Positions 47,023 to 60,225 of a stretch of DNA of 64,000 nucleotides are shown piece by piece. The translations under genes were made by a program, and so were the position numbers. The stretch comes from Mytilus trossulus. Its lineage: Eukaryota. How positions within the stretch are numbered: position 1 is the first letter of the stretch; every line of letters begins with the position of its first letter. The stretch covers positions 21,576,001-21,640,000 of the forward strand of contig NC_086382.1 of NCBI RefSeq assembly GCF_036588685.1, written 5' to 3'. The notes beneath the pieces are model-generated. The model made no database searches, was not told the DNA's origin, and saw nothing but the letters and a program-made list of their open reading frames with translations.

Positions 47023-48326
47023 GTAATAACCAATTTGAACTAACAGCCATGGATGAGTGTGAGCAAGGATTACTTCAAGATGACTTATTTGATCAGTATA
47101 TAAAAGAAATAAAAAAATTACAAGATGATGAGGACAAAACTAAATACTGTGCACTTTTTCTTTTAATTGTGTATAATGGATGTTTAAGCAAGAAAGTGTT
47201 AACATCAGATGGTGCATCTAGAAGGGGAGATATACTTAAAGAATTTGGCATATTTGACACAAGTATACTTTACATATTTGAACAGTTGAAAGCTCATGTT
47301 TATTTTTTTGTGAAAGCAACTAGATACATTACCACTAAGTTAAATACATATGATGAATTTGTCCCAATAGATGACAAAATGTTTGATTTTGTCTGTTTTT
47401 ATTATGGTAAGCATAACCAAAGAACATTTATTAAGTTTTCACATACTAAGATATTGAATGGACGAACACAGTTTGTCTCACTACAAGAAAAGTCTGACGG
47501 ATTAACAGTCATGATAACGCGTAATAATGAAAATGCTTATTTCAATAGAATTGTTAATGACTTGTTGAAGGGATGTGTCACTGAAGTAGTTTACAACCAG
47601 CAAATGAAGTTCCCGACATACAGATCAGCTTTGATTAACTTTATGGAAAATCTTGACGCCCACACAAAATTAAAAGTAGTAAATGCTGCTAGCACTGAGA
47701 GTGGTTCGACTTTCTTCATGTATGCATATTGCGAGAGTTATGATGACATAACACAATTTTTAATTAAGGAAAATGCAGATACTGATATAGCAAATTTTGA
47801 GGGACAAAGTACGATGAGAATTGCATGTTACGATAAGCAGCTAGAAACTGTTGATATCTTTTTAAAGAATGGGGCAAATCCCAATGCTTGCTTTGATGAT
47901 GGATGGACCCTTCTTACTGAATCCTGTTACGCTGGTAATTTAGAGATAGTTAAATTGTTGATAAATGCAGGTGCAGAAGTCAATCATGTCAATGGAAATG
48001 GAGATACTCCTGTAACGTCATGTGTTGTTTTGGGGCATTTCGAAGTTATGAAGCTGCTGACTGACAATGGAGCTACATTGAATACCTCTAACAAGTTCGG
48101 CGTTAATTCATTGACCTCAGCATGTTTCTATGGACATATCAAACTAGTTAGATTTCTTATATCTAAGAATGTCGATATAAATGAAGCAGACGCAAATTCC
48201 TGGACACCGTTGATGTATGCTTCCTTATTTAATCATAATAATATTATGAACCTACTGTTAGCAAATGGAGCAAACAACAATGCATTTGATAAAAATCAAT
48301 GGACATCACTTATGAAAAAAATCTAA
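47023..48326 (+). CDS. Terminal exon: helical domain plus ankyrin repeats (cytoplasmic part of the Ig-TM-ankyrin protein)
   Basis: Acceptor aatatttcag at 47022, phase 1, in frame with the 425-aa ORF. Six 33-aa ankyrin repeats (e.g. DGWTLLTESCYAGNLEIVKLLINAGAEVN, NSWTPLMYASLFNHNNIMNLLLANGANNN) and a truncated seventh. Confidence 0.85.
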
Positions 48327-50959
48327 GAACCATCCAGTCATAATTGAGTTTGCCATAATATACTATAGGGAACTAACTCTCTAATTACTGACAGTATCAG
48401 CTTGAAAGTTGCTCTTCTAAGTAAAGAGACAAATATTTTAACAGCCATAATGATAATTTGCCTGATAATATAAATTGTATTTGTATTCGGTTTGAAAAAG
48501 GATAGAAAAACTTTGCAAAACCATGCTATTATTGTCTACCTGTTTCTATGCCTTGAACAAAGAAATCTTATATTTTAATATAATTTATAGGTATTCCATA
48601 CTGAATTTATATGAATGCTAAAGTGCCATCTGTCATTACCGTTACAATCAAATTCAGATGTTTAAACTCACTTTTTGTTTTTTGTTTTTGAAGTTGCCAT
48701 CTCTATCTAACTGTTAAGAATTCAACGATAGATTTGAAAATAATAACATTTACAGGAACTGACATCTGTTAATAAACAAGAACAATATATTTGTTACAAA
48801 TCCTTATATGATTAAATTTTCTTGAAAAAAGATTATTTCCAGAACACGAAGTCATAGAGACATGGGACCTTCGTCAATAATATATAGCTTTTTCTTCAAT
48901 TTCAATCGAAATGAACACATAATATGACTAACATTAAATACATCGAAGTAAAAGGTGACCTATTTGCAGGGTGTATATGTGTGAGTCATATTATATTTTG
49001 TACATATCTAAAGTATCAAAAGACATTGTATATATAAAGTATGTGTCGTGTTAAAGTAATCAGGACATCAGAATTTAAGGAATATATTGTACAGCGAGAT
49101 GACTTTTATATTGGTAATGGCGCTACTAACAGGTCCCTGTAAATATTCATATACATGTGACTTTATTCATATTCGTATCCTTCGGGAGTGCTCCTTATAT
49201 AGGAGGAACATATCAGTAACAGTAACATGGAATTGTCCACACCGATACAGGAGAAATACGTAGAGTAATAACTGTGGACACCAGAACAGGAAGTCATAGA
49301 GACATGGGACCTTCGTCAATAATATTAACTTCATTAGATCTTTCAATTCAACCGAGGTCAAAGGTTATAAGGTGCACACAAAGAATCATTTTCCATGATA
49401 CATTGATCAATATCAAGTATTCGTGATTTTGTCAGTTGTCTGATACTTTTAGCAATTGGTCAGCAATATTTAGTGACGTGATGATTGTAAAGTGAACATG
49501 TCTGTCTGGCAGAGTTCATATGACCTTTTTTCAAGGTTCATTGATCAATTTTTTTTATTCTTTTTTTACCTCTTTTGAAAAACTATACTCACTAGGATCA
49601 CTACATTGGTTCACGGAATGAGTGTAATGTGTCTTGGTTCATCTTACCAAACCTCGTTTTTATGGAACATTGATATTATTAAAATTATGGGATATTTGTA
49701 GTAAAACCTCGATATTATATACTTTACCATGTGCACTGTTCTAAAATTTTGCGAAAATAATTAACTAAACAGGTTAATTTGTAGAATTTGTTCAATTCAT
49801 TCAACAGTTCAAACCCAATTAACTGAAGAATGCATTACCCGAAATGTCTGGTTATCTTTTTTTTTCAATTTCAATCGAAATGAACACATAATATGACTAA
49901 CATTAAATACATCGAAAGTACAAGGTGACATATTTGCAGGGTGTATATTTTTGTGTCATACTATATTTTGTACACATATATATATAACATGCATGTTGAT
50001 TCACAATGTCATTATAACAAATTGATATGAAGTACTTGCTTATTAAAAAAAAAATCTGTGTAATTAAGTTTGACAAATAACAAAAGCCATAATTAGTTTG
50101 AAATGTTTTTACCTGATATTGTGTGAGATTTATTTCTAATTCTGTTATTATTGACTTAATAGACATTTACTGATGAATGCTAAGGTCAATGTCAAGTCAC
50201 TATGAAATATTCTTTATACATATCTCATTTTTATAAAGTGATTTTAGAATTTATTTCACATTATAATACTTGAAATATGTGATAATCATGACCTTTCTGA
50301 CCTTTTATATAAAAATAATAAAGTTGTTGTGCTGGAACTCATCTGACAGGAATGCCAATTTTTAATTAGAATTGTTATACTGTAAACAAAGAAGAATGTA
50401 AAATAAAAGTTAATGGTCTAAAACATATGTGTCAACCGATAAATACATTTTTATTGTTATCATATTTTATTTTTCAATGAAATTTCTTTTAAAGCTCATC
50501 TTGACCAAAGGCCAATTTGAGCTTTGTGTCCGTCGGATGTTAAGAAAATTCAGTTTAAAAGTCTTCTGCTGGACTGTTCATTATATTGAAAAAAAGGTTG
50601 TCTGCTTCATCTGTAGAATATATACTATAAAGTTTGTCATTTTCGTTTAGCTGCATAAACCAAAGTACCAGTCTAAAACTAGAACGAAGGGGGTCAAACT
50701 TAAGGTTTGTTTGAGAGTTTTAAAACCAAGTAAAACTATTGCAGGGTTAAAATGATCAACATAACAAGTTTTGTCTACCATAAACATTTTTGAAAAGTGT
50801 GCTAGCCTATTATGGAGATATTGCAATGGAAATGCAAATATAAAATATTTGAGCATTTTCTAGCCGATTTCACAAACTATAGGAGCTAGCTTAAAAGATT
50901 TTAAACTGCAAAAATTATCAGCATGCCCCTGAATTCCGATCTCCTGTCCTCAATTTCTA

Positions 50960-51975
50960 GCAGTTATTGGCTAAAATTGCAAAAATTGTAAGAGATTAAT
51001 ATGTAAATTACAAAAATGATTAGCATGTCAAGATCGATAGCATTAACTTTGAAAGTTTCTAAACTCTTTTTTGAGTCGTTGCTCCTCAAATATTGATTTT
51101 TACTGTTTTGACTGTTGATTGCATAATTGCATTGATGAGCATCAACAAAAATAATTACTATAAAGTTACAAATAAGAATAATTACGATTGTTTCGTACAA
51201 GCTTCAGGTTAATGATACAGGCAAAGTGTTACTGTGCCTCTTGTGTGTGCTGTGAATATTTGTTAGTTTATTACATAATTATGTGTTATTTGTTTTTTGT
51301 TTTTTTATTTATCAATTTGTCAAAAGATATCCGCCATGTTGTCAAATACTGAGTTATGATCTTAGTTCTTGTTATATATAGATATAAAAATTATTCATTT
51401 GATGAAGTCTTCAAACATTTAATTTGCGAAAGAGTTTTCTGTCAAAAAAAATCTGTAATATTGAAGCCTTAAGTTAATAGCATGATTCAAGGTGTATTCA
51501 CCCTAGAAATCGGACAAAAATTGAAAATTTGTTTTTGATGTTATTGCCCCTGAAATACCGATGTCATGCCCCAAATATTTAGCAGTTATTGGCTGCAATT
51601 GTGAAAATTACAAGAGCTTATGTAAGATCGATAGCATTAACTTTGAACATTTTTAACTCTTCTCTGAGTCGTTGCTCTTGAAATATTGATGTTTACTGTT
51701 TTTGCTGTTTTTGCTGTAAATTACATAGATGAGCATCAACACAAATAATTACTATAAAGTTACCAATTAGAAAAAATACAATTTTGGTCCGGACCAGCTT
51801 CAGGTTAATGATGCAGGCATTGTGTTACTGTGCCTCATGAGTGTCCTGTGAATATTTATTTGTTTATTACATAATTATGTGCTATTTGTTGTTTTTTATT
51901 TTCAATTTGTTCAAAGATATCATCCATGTTGCCAAATACAGAGTTATGATCTTAGTTATTGTTATTTATAGATAT
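50960..51975 (+). repeat. Diverged direct duplication (~50960-51385 vs ~51580-51975)
   Basis: Shared AAGATCGATAGCATTAACTTTGAA, GATGAGCATCAAC, GCTTCAGGTTAATGAT and GAGTTATGATCTTAGTT; offset ~600 bp. Confidence 0.8.
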
Positions 51976-53841
51976 TTATCATATATACTGAGCATTACTA
52001 TGATAGCTTTTGGATATGTGTAATGAACGGAAGTATACAAGCCATAATTTCACACCCGGGCTGATAACCAATATCCATGGCCTCTCGTGCAAAAAAAACC
52101 ATAACAGTGCTTCTCGTGTATTTCTGGTATCGTTTGTTTACTTTGCCATTGTAGCGTCATACATTTTTTATTATGACGTCAAATTTTACGGGAACTTTTG
52201 TTATATAGTTATCAAAAGTACCAGGATTATAATGTTCAGTAATGGCGGACAAATAGCGATAATGGATATTGGATCCAGTGCTAAATTTGTTTGTACAGAA
52301 CCAGCTGTTATTTAAAAACAGATGTAAACATGCTTACATTGAATGATTTTCAAAATAGTAAAAGTTTAGTACTTTCTAATATGGATCTACAGGAAGTAAC
52401 AAAGGCCATTGCCAATTATGGATCATCTTTATAAAGTTTTTTGGCTGTTTAAGTTATTTCATTTGTTTATTTGCTGTACATAAAACAATTGTCGGAAGTA
52501 TATGATAAAGAGATTAATACATCACGGTGGGTATGGTTGTCCTGCGAGAGAACGTTCTGTGCTGGTGATTCGGTCCTGACGGGTGCTGCTGATCAATGAA
52601 AAAATGTAAACAAAGACGAAAATTATGATTTTTGACGTTTTCACTCAAAAAAAATGGAAGAAAACAGTTGAGATTTTCCAATTTTGTTTCTTATGGGTTC
52701 ATATGTAAACCATTAAAAAGTTGACCCTCTAAACTGTTTCAGTAATCGTAATAAAAAAATGCTCATTTTCAGAAAATCTCGAACTGAAAAAATAAAACAA
52801 AAGTGCTCATAGAGTCCGCTTTCTATACCGCAATCCACACGACAAAACTATTTTGTGAAAAAACATTGCAATTTATAAAAATTTAGCATTTTCTCAATTT
52901 ATTCATGTCCTGATACTGTGCTGGTGGGTCCTGTCATTGTGCTGGTGGGTCCTGATACGGTGCTGGTGATTTTGGATAAGAAGTTGGTCATATTTGAAAC
53001 AAATGTTACAAAATCAATAAAATTGGGCAGATAATTGTTGTCAATAGGATCTATGACTCCTATTTTAGCTCTTGTGCATCCATTTGGCTGTTTAATATGT
53101 GTTTTCAAATGATCGTAACTCGTATTACATAATTACATAAAAGAGCAACATCTTTCGTCCAATATCAGATAACAATATATAGTGTCTAAAATAAGAATAG
53201 TTTTATTAAGATATTAAATGCCCCTTACATTGATACTTCAACAATGATCAAAGCCCAAGCCGCATAGACATGTTTGTTAGCGCTCCGCATACCCCTCCCC
53301 ACTTCCACCCAACCAACCCTCCTCATTTCCTCCTTCATTGTTACAGTGGTGTACTAACACAACAATTTATCACATAAAATAATAACACAAAGACACACAT
53401 TATTGAACAACGAATGCTCGCAGGTACTAAAAGCTAGTTCAAAGCCGCATTTTAAACTAATAGATAAACCATGTTATCATATACAAAAATCCCAATCGTG
53501 TCGATTAAAAATGTCTCAAAACTTAAGTTCACATTTTAATGTTTGATGAACTTTAAAGGTGAATCTTGTGCTCACAACAGTTATTGTCATAATTATGTTT
53601 ACAAAAGACTTATAAAGGAATTAAGAAGGTACCAAGAAATATTTTACAGTTCAATTTAATAATCATGAATGGAAGGAAATGTTACGGAAGTTTACATAGG
53701 ACAAAAATAAATTGATATTATTTTTTGGCGAAAGACTTAAACGCTTCTTTGCATTATATAGTACAGCTCTTCTATAAAAGCATGCAAAAAAAAGAAATAC
53801 ACATAAGTCAACATGACTAAAATGGTCAATAGACCCCTTAA

Positions 53842-54303
53842 GGTGTAATACCACCATTGATTTTTCCCTATTAGTCTTTGTTAAATTGGCACTTTTAAAA
53901 AAATTGTACAGTATTTACCTTTATTTCAACCAAAGAAATACTTTTCATGTGTAAAGTTTAATCCTTTCCAGTGACACAGTGAAAATTTCACACTACATTT
54001 CATTGCATATACGAAAATAATCATCACCGGAAGTAAACAACCCAATTTTTACACTGTCATTTACTGGTTATTTGATCTGGTAACTATGTAACCTTAACGT
54101 TCCAAAATATTTTATAAGACCATCAAATAAAAAAAGAATGATGCATTCAGACATCCAACATATATATTTACGACTCAGAAAAATTTAAGTGCATTGAAAT
54201 GCAGGGTTAATTTTCTACAACTGTCAAATTCAAGGGAATATTTTTTAAGGCCTACTTTCGTATGCAACCGGATGTGGCGTACCATGATTTGCTGGTATTA
54301 CAC
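53842..54303. mobile_element. Kolobok-like MITE nested in a HINE fragment (~53790-54560)
   Basis: TTAA-GGTGTAATACCA...TGGTATTACAC-TTAA; the empty site GACCCCTTAAGGAGT is visible in the uninterrupted HINE at ~30631. Confidence 0.85.
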
Positions 54304-56413
54304 TTAAGGAGTTATTGCCCTTAATAGTAAATTTTTTAAAAATTTTAAAAAATTTTGTAATTTTTGTAATTATTTTCAACTGTCACTTCTGGGCCAAATT
54401 AATTATAGTTAGAGATAATTGTAAGCAGCAACAATGTCCAGTAAAGTAAGATCTACAAACACATCACCAACACCAACACACAATTTTGTCATGTGCCCCT
54501 TGTTTAATATGCCTATATAGAGACCAAGGTGAGCGACAAAGGTCTTTAGAGCCTCTTGTTTGTGTTTATTCTGGTTAGATCTTGCAATATTTTTACATGA
54601 TTTATTAAATGATTTTGTACGAAACTCGTTTCACTGCCCAACAATCTCTCCTTTTGAAGAGGATTGTAGGTTTGTTTTGAAATGGATTTAATAAGATTAA
54701 AAAAAATACGCATACCGTATAATATTCATCAGCTCGGAATCACATAATATTTTTTGGTATATAATGCAGATGCGTATACGTCAACGTATATGATACGATT
54801 GATACGTTTTTAAATGACCGGCCTCTATTACAATGAGAGACTTATTTGTTGTAAATATACTCTTAATTGGTTACTAGACAATACTTGATAATATTTTATG
54901 AAGATTTAAAACCTTAAAATATTATATAATCAATCATTACAGAGGCGCCGGTCAAAGCTAAAGACCGATCGGATGAATTTTATTAAAAAAAAAAAACTTT
55001 AACTTTCATCTCGGCAATGGAATGCTCTCTATTTCGCAATTAAATGCCAACATTAAATGACCTTCAGCATGTTTAAGTTCAAAAACTGACAGCAGGGTAA
55101 AAATGTCTTGATGACAACTCTCATTCTCCTCAGTGCCTTGATTATTTAACAACTTAGCAAACTGGAGCCGGTAACAAGAAACATCTCTAAACGTTCTCGT
55201 AAGTCATAGTTTACGATAGCACAAAGAGTGCGCTAAGAATATTTTAAGAGTGTAACCAGAACCATTTTTTTCTCGCCCTTTTCCTTCTCTTAAAATCTTA
55301 CCATAATACCGTCTTATTCTAAGTACACTTAATTACTTTCAGTCACGAACGTCAACATGTTATTTCTTTGATTTAGTCATTGCCAAATAATAATCTCTCA
55401 TTCGATTTGAAGTAACAGGATTTTTTGTTACTCATTCTGCTCAACTATCTGATCCAGATTAATTATATAAGTTCAAAATGTGCGAATATTTGAGAGAAAA
55501 ACAATGTAATCGCACAGTGCAAAAGACCAAGAAAATTGTAATTAATGGAAGAGGAAATATTCCCCCAAACATACACAACGGGAAAAATTGACATGACCAG
55601 TTAATCATGGGTGCATTTTCATTGGTCATCTATCAAATAAAGGAATTATTTCATTCATTTTCCTAAACCCGAACAAATCTAAATACGTAAGTCTCTAATT
55701 AACTTACAGACGTCTTTAGATTTGTTTTTCCAAGCTGTAAAGCAGAGTTACAGGTTAAATTCTGTGGCATCTATTCACGCGTCTCTTTGTGTATCCAGTA
55801 TTACTAGCCCTGTATACATTTTGTGATATTTATGAAATTTGTATCCAAAATTATCAAAACCAGTACTGATTAGCTATTTATGTTTCTTGTTATTCGCCTG
55901 CTGATGATATAAAATGTGGATGTAAACTGCACAAAATCAGCATTTCGCCAAAATTCTGTGTTAATTATAATAATGAAACATAGCTGTGAGGACGAAAGAC
56001 AAGATTTTTGTTCCGAAAAACATTGTTAGTTTAGACAGAGCCATGGTTATCAATGTTATCATGAGTTTTAACAATCTATTATATCAGCATGAGTTATTTT
56101 ATCTATTAAACTGAATGTTCTTTTATCATTGTCTTTAAATTTAAAAAAAAATAGTAAACTATATATGACGGTATATGCAAAGCAAACATCAATATTTAAT
56201 ATGGCGAACAAATGATCAACCGTCTCTTTTAAAGGTAAGAGTATAAAACCCTGAGAGAAAGTATTATAGGTCAATCGTGTAAACCAATCAAAATCTGTCA
56301 TTTTTATGTTCAAGAATTTTGATAGTGTCATCTTTCACTATTTAACTGATACATTAGTAGATTTAAAATAAGAAAATATAGTACACTACCAACAATTTGA
56401 CTAGCGTTTACAT

Positions 56414-56629
56414 GTACATTAAATGCCGCTATAAAAACAGTACTTTTAGGAAACATTACTAATCAGTACATTAAATGCCGCTATATAAACAGTACTTTTA
56501 GGAAACATTACCAATCAGTACATTAAATGCCGCTATATAAACAGTACTTTTAGGAAACATTACTAATCAGTACATTAAATGCCGCTATATAAACAGTACT
56601 TTTAGGAAACATCACTATTCAGTACATTC
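56414..56629 (+). repeat. 52-bp minisatellite, 4 copies
   Basis: GTACATTAAATGCCGCTATATAAACAGTACTTTTAGGAAACATTACTAATCA. Confidence 0.95.
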
Positions 56630-56671
56630 ATTTTTAATTCATTTTCAGTAATGTTGAGAAAAAGTTGTTTA

Positions 56672-56870
56672 CAGTACTGAAAATTTCAGTCATTTATCAG
56701 TACTGAAAATTTCAGCCATTTTTCAGTACTGAAAATTTCAGCCATTTTTCAGTACTGAAAATTTCAGCCATTTTCAGTACTGAAAATTTCAGCCATTTTT
56801 CAGTACTGAAAATTTCAGTCATTTTTCAGTACTGAAAATTTAAATCATTTTCAGAACTTAAACTTTTTGT
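56672..56870 (+). repeat. ~26-bp minisatellite, ~7 copies
   Basis: CAGTACTGAAAATTTCAGCCATTTTT units. Confidence 0.95.
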
Positions 56871-56989
56871 CATCTTTAAGTACTTCTACACATACAATAT
56901 AAGGCCAATGTCAGAAAAATATAAAATGTTTTTATACTGCAACTAGTTGTGTTTATTTTATATAAAATATTGTAACAAAGCTCTATTGT

Positions 56990-57492
56990 GTACGATGTCA
57001 ATTTCATCATGGCACACTTTCTCCACAATCAGGGTTCCATGAAGGGATAAAAATAAGTCTTTCGTTTGTGTTACGATTTGAATAGCTATCAATTTATTAA
57101 TTTATGTTGCAGTATAAAAGCAATATTAGGTCAATGTCAGAAAAATATAAACTTTTTTTGTGCTTGGCGCAAAACTGGGGAAGGGCTCGGTAGAACCTCG
57201 CCCTTCCCCAGTTTCTTAGCCTCATACAAAAAATATGTATGAGACTGCGAAACTGGGATAGGGCAAGATTTTACTGCGCCCTTCCTTTCTCCAGTTTTAT
57301 TCAGAATACTAAAAAGTTTATATCTTTATGACATTGATCTAATATTGTTTTTTTCCTACTGTAACCTAAATTAAAATTGATATTTAAATCGTAACTGTCA
57401 TATATTATTAGCATAAATATCAAACTGTTTGTATCCCTTAATGAACCCCTGATTGCGGAGAAAGTATTGCATGATGAAATTGACATTGCATA
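56990..57492. repeat. Imperfect palindromic (foldback) element
   Basis: ~56995-57060 is inverted at ~57423-57490, with nested hairpins at 57171-57298. Confidence 0.7.
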
Positions 57493-59137
57493 AAATATAG
57501 AAATCAACGACAACGGAAGCCCGCAATGAACGGTGTTTTAATCTTTTGCTGACGACAACTTCCAAATCTACTTAGGACCAGGATTTTTTAAGGTAAAAAG
57601 TTACGAAATATATCAAAGTAGTTCATATTTCATTTGGTTAGTATGGTGATCACGAAATCAAATAACGTGTTCAAACTTTGGGCATTTTAGTTGGTTGCAG
57701 AACATGTCCGTCCTGGGACAACTCGGACCGTCTAAAAAAGACAGCTAGGACCATCTATAATGACAACTCAGACAGACAAAAGGTACATGTTTACTAAGTT
57801 TCAAGTTGATTGGACTTCAACTTCATTAAAAACTACCTCGACCACAAACGTTTACCTGAAGTGGGACAGACAGATGGAGAGTGCACGCACAGACCAGAAA
57901 ACATAATGCCCATAATTGAGGCATAAAAAATTGTAAAATAACAACCTTAGAAAATTATGTATCAAGTATATTGCAGCAAAATAGGCTCGAAAGGGCTAAA
58001 GAGAAAAACAGTATCAGCGAATACATTGGTTGTCAGAAAATTAGACTTTGAAATAAATAAATAAATAAAAGATTTAAGGAAAAATAACGAGTCTGATGAG
58101 AAATATCTAAATTGATACTTCTTTTTTATTCCAATTTTGAGTATATATAAAATTATAACGTAAGCATTAAATTTGCCTCAATGTAGTTACTGCCCTGTAA
58201 TAAAAGTGAGGTATGTGTATCTGACACAATATAGCTCAAGTTAAATGAAACCCTTTTTCAGACATTTCAAGTATATTTTAAATAATATTAAAAATCTTAT
58301 TACATGTATATGAACTTTTCGGAAGTGTTTCACGCCTTTTTTTGGGAAAAAATGAATATTATGAAGAAACTGTTGCCATCTTATACGTTCGAATAGACCT
58401 GCAGAGTTTATTTTCAATGCATTGTAAGTCAGGTTATGTATTTTGAAACTACCACAGAACAAACCATTTATTTTTGCCCCAACCCCCCCCCCCCCCCCCC
58501 CCGAATATTAAACAGTTGCCTCCTTAGAAGGACACTATATGGATAACTAGCTGGATAAATAATAAAACACACGGACAATAACAGTCAGGGTACGACCTTT
58601 TGTTATTCTAAGGATGGGAATGGGGCAGCACGATTTTTTGCGGATTTTTTTTATTATTTTAACTTGTCTTAACTTGTCGCTAAGCATGCCTATTGATTCC
58701 AGCTCTTACCAGGCCACCATATTCATATTCAAAGACCTCCTGCCACCTCCCCCTTTTAACCCCAAAAAATAATTGATTTTCTACTTATTAAACACGAGTT
58801 TAAATTGATTGATTGTTAGTTGTTTGCTTTTAACGTCAAGCGACTAATATTTCATATATAGTTTAGACAGGACGCGAAATTTAAAGTCATGTACGAAAAA
58901 TGTATACAATATCATAACAAGTAAGGAGATGTGGTATGACTGTCAATTTGGCAAATATCAACTGGAGATCAATGAAGTAGTATTATCAATTATAACCAAC
59001 CGTGCGGCCTTTGACAAAAAATGACAAATACCCATACTGTATATCAGTTATAACAGGCCACGTCAAAAAAAATGTGAAACAATTAAGACGAAATAAACTA
59101 ACGGCCTAAGGGACGACATCAAATTTCAATGAAGGAT

Positions 59138-60225
59138 AACTAGAGGCTCTTAAGAGCCTGTGTTGCGAACCTTGGTTTATGAGTGTATTAAACAAAGGAA
59201 AACGATGGATTCATGACAAAATTGTTTTTTTGGTGATTGTGATCTGTTCGTAGATCATACTTTACTCATCATTCTTGCTACTTACAATTTTCTCTATCTG
59301 TAATGAACTTGGCCCTTTAGTTACAGAGGAACACATTTTGTAAAAACTTACCCAAATTTACCAAATTAATGAAAATTGTTAAAAAATTGACTATAAAGGG
59401 CAATAACTCCTAAAGGGGTCAATTGACCATTTCGATCATGTTGACTTATATGTAGATTTTAATTTGCTGAACATTAATGCTATTTGCAGTTTATCTCTAT
59501 ATATGATTGCATTCAAGATAATAACCAAAAACGGCTAAATGTTTTTAAAAATTACCAATTGGGGGACAGCAACCAACCAACCAGTTGTACAATTCATATG
59601 AAAATGTTAGAGCAGATATATAAAAATATACTTAAATAATGATTTTGGCTCAGTTTGGTTGAATTTGGTCCAGTAGTTTCAGAGGAGAAGATTTTGGTAA
59701 AAAAATTACGAAAAATTGGTTAAAAAATGACTATTAAGTGCAACAACTCCTTAAGGGATCAACTTACCATTTCAATCATGTTGATTTGTTTGTAGACCTT
59801 ACTTTGGTGAACATAATGGCTGTTTACAGTTGGTCTCTATCTATAATAATTTTCAAGATAGTAACAGAAAACGGACAAAATATCCTTAAAATTACCAATT
59901 CAGAGACAGTAACCCAACAACCCATTGTCCGATTCATCTGAAAATTTCAGGACAGATAGATCTTGACCTAGTTAACAATTTTACCCCTCATCAGATTTGC
60001 TCTAAATGCTTTGGTTTCAGAATGATAAGCCAAAATATACATTTAACCCATATGTTCTATTTTTAGCCATGGAGGCCATCTTGGTTAGTTTGGTTAGTTT
60101 GGCGGGTCACCGGACACAATTTTTAAACTAGATACTCCAATCATGGTTGTGGCTAAGTTTGGTTAAATTTGGCCCAGTAGTTTCAGAGGAGAAAATTTGT
60201 TTATAAGTTAACGACGACGGACGCT
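59138..60225 (-). mobile_element. HINE copy (same family as 30116)
   Basis: AACTAGAGGCTCTTAAGAGCCT stem-loop end, a homologous body with a duplicated block, and an (ACG)n end. Confidence 0.8.

Noticed and set aside
49820-49855. Additional hammerhead-like motif (CTGAAGA..GAAATGTC)
   Set aside because: Stem II cannot be formed convincingly.
56414-56870. Possible CRISPR-like array
   Set aside because: Contiguous units with no unique spacers, in a eukaryotic context with no cas genes.
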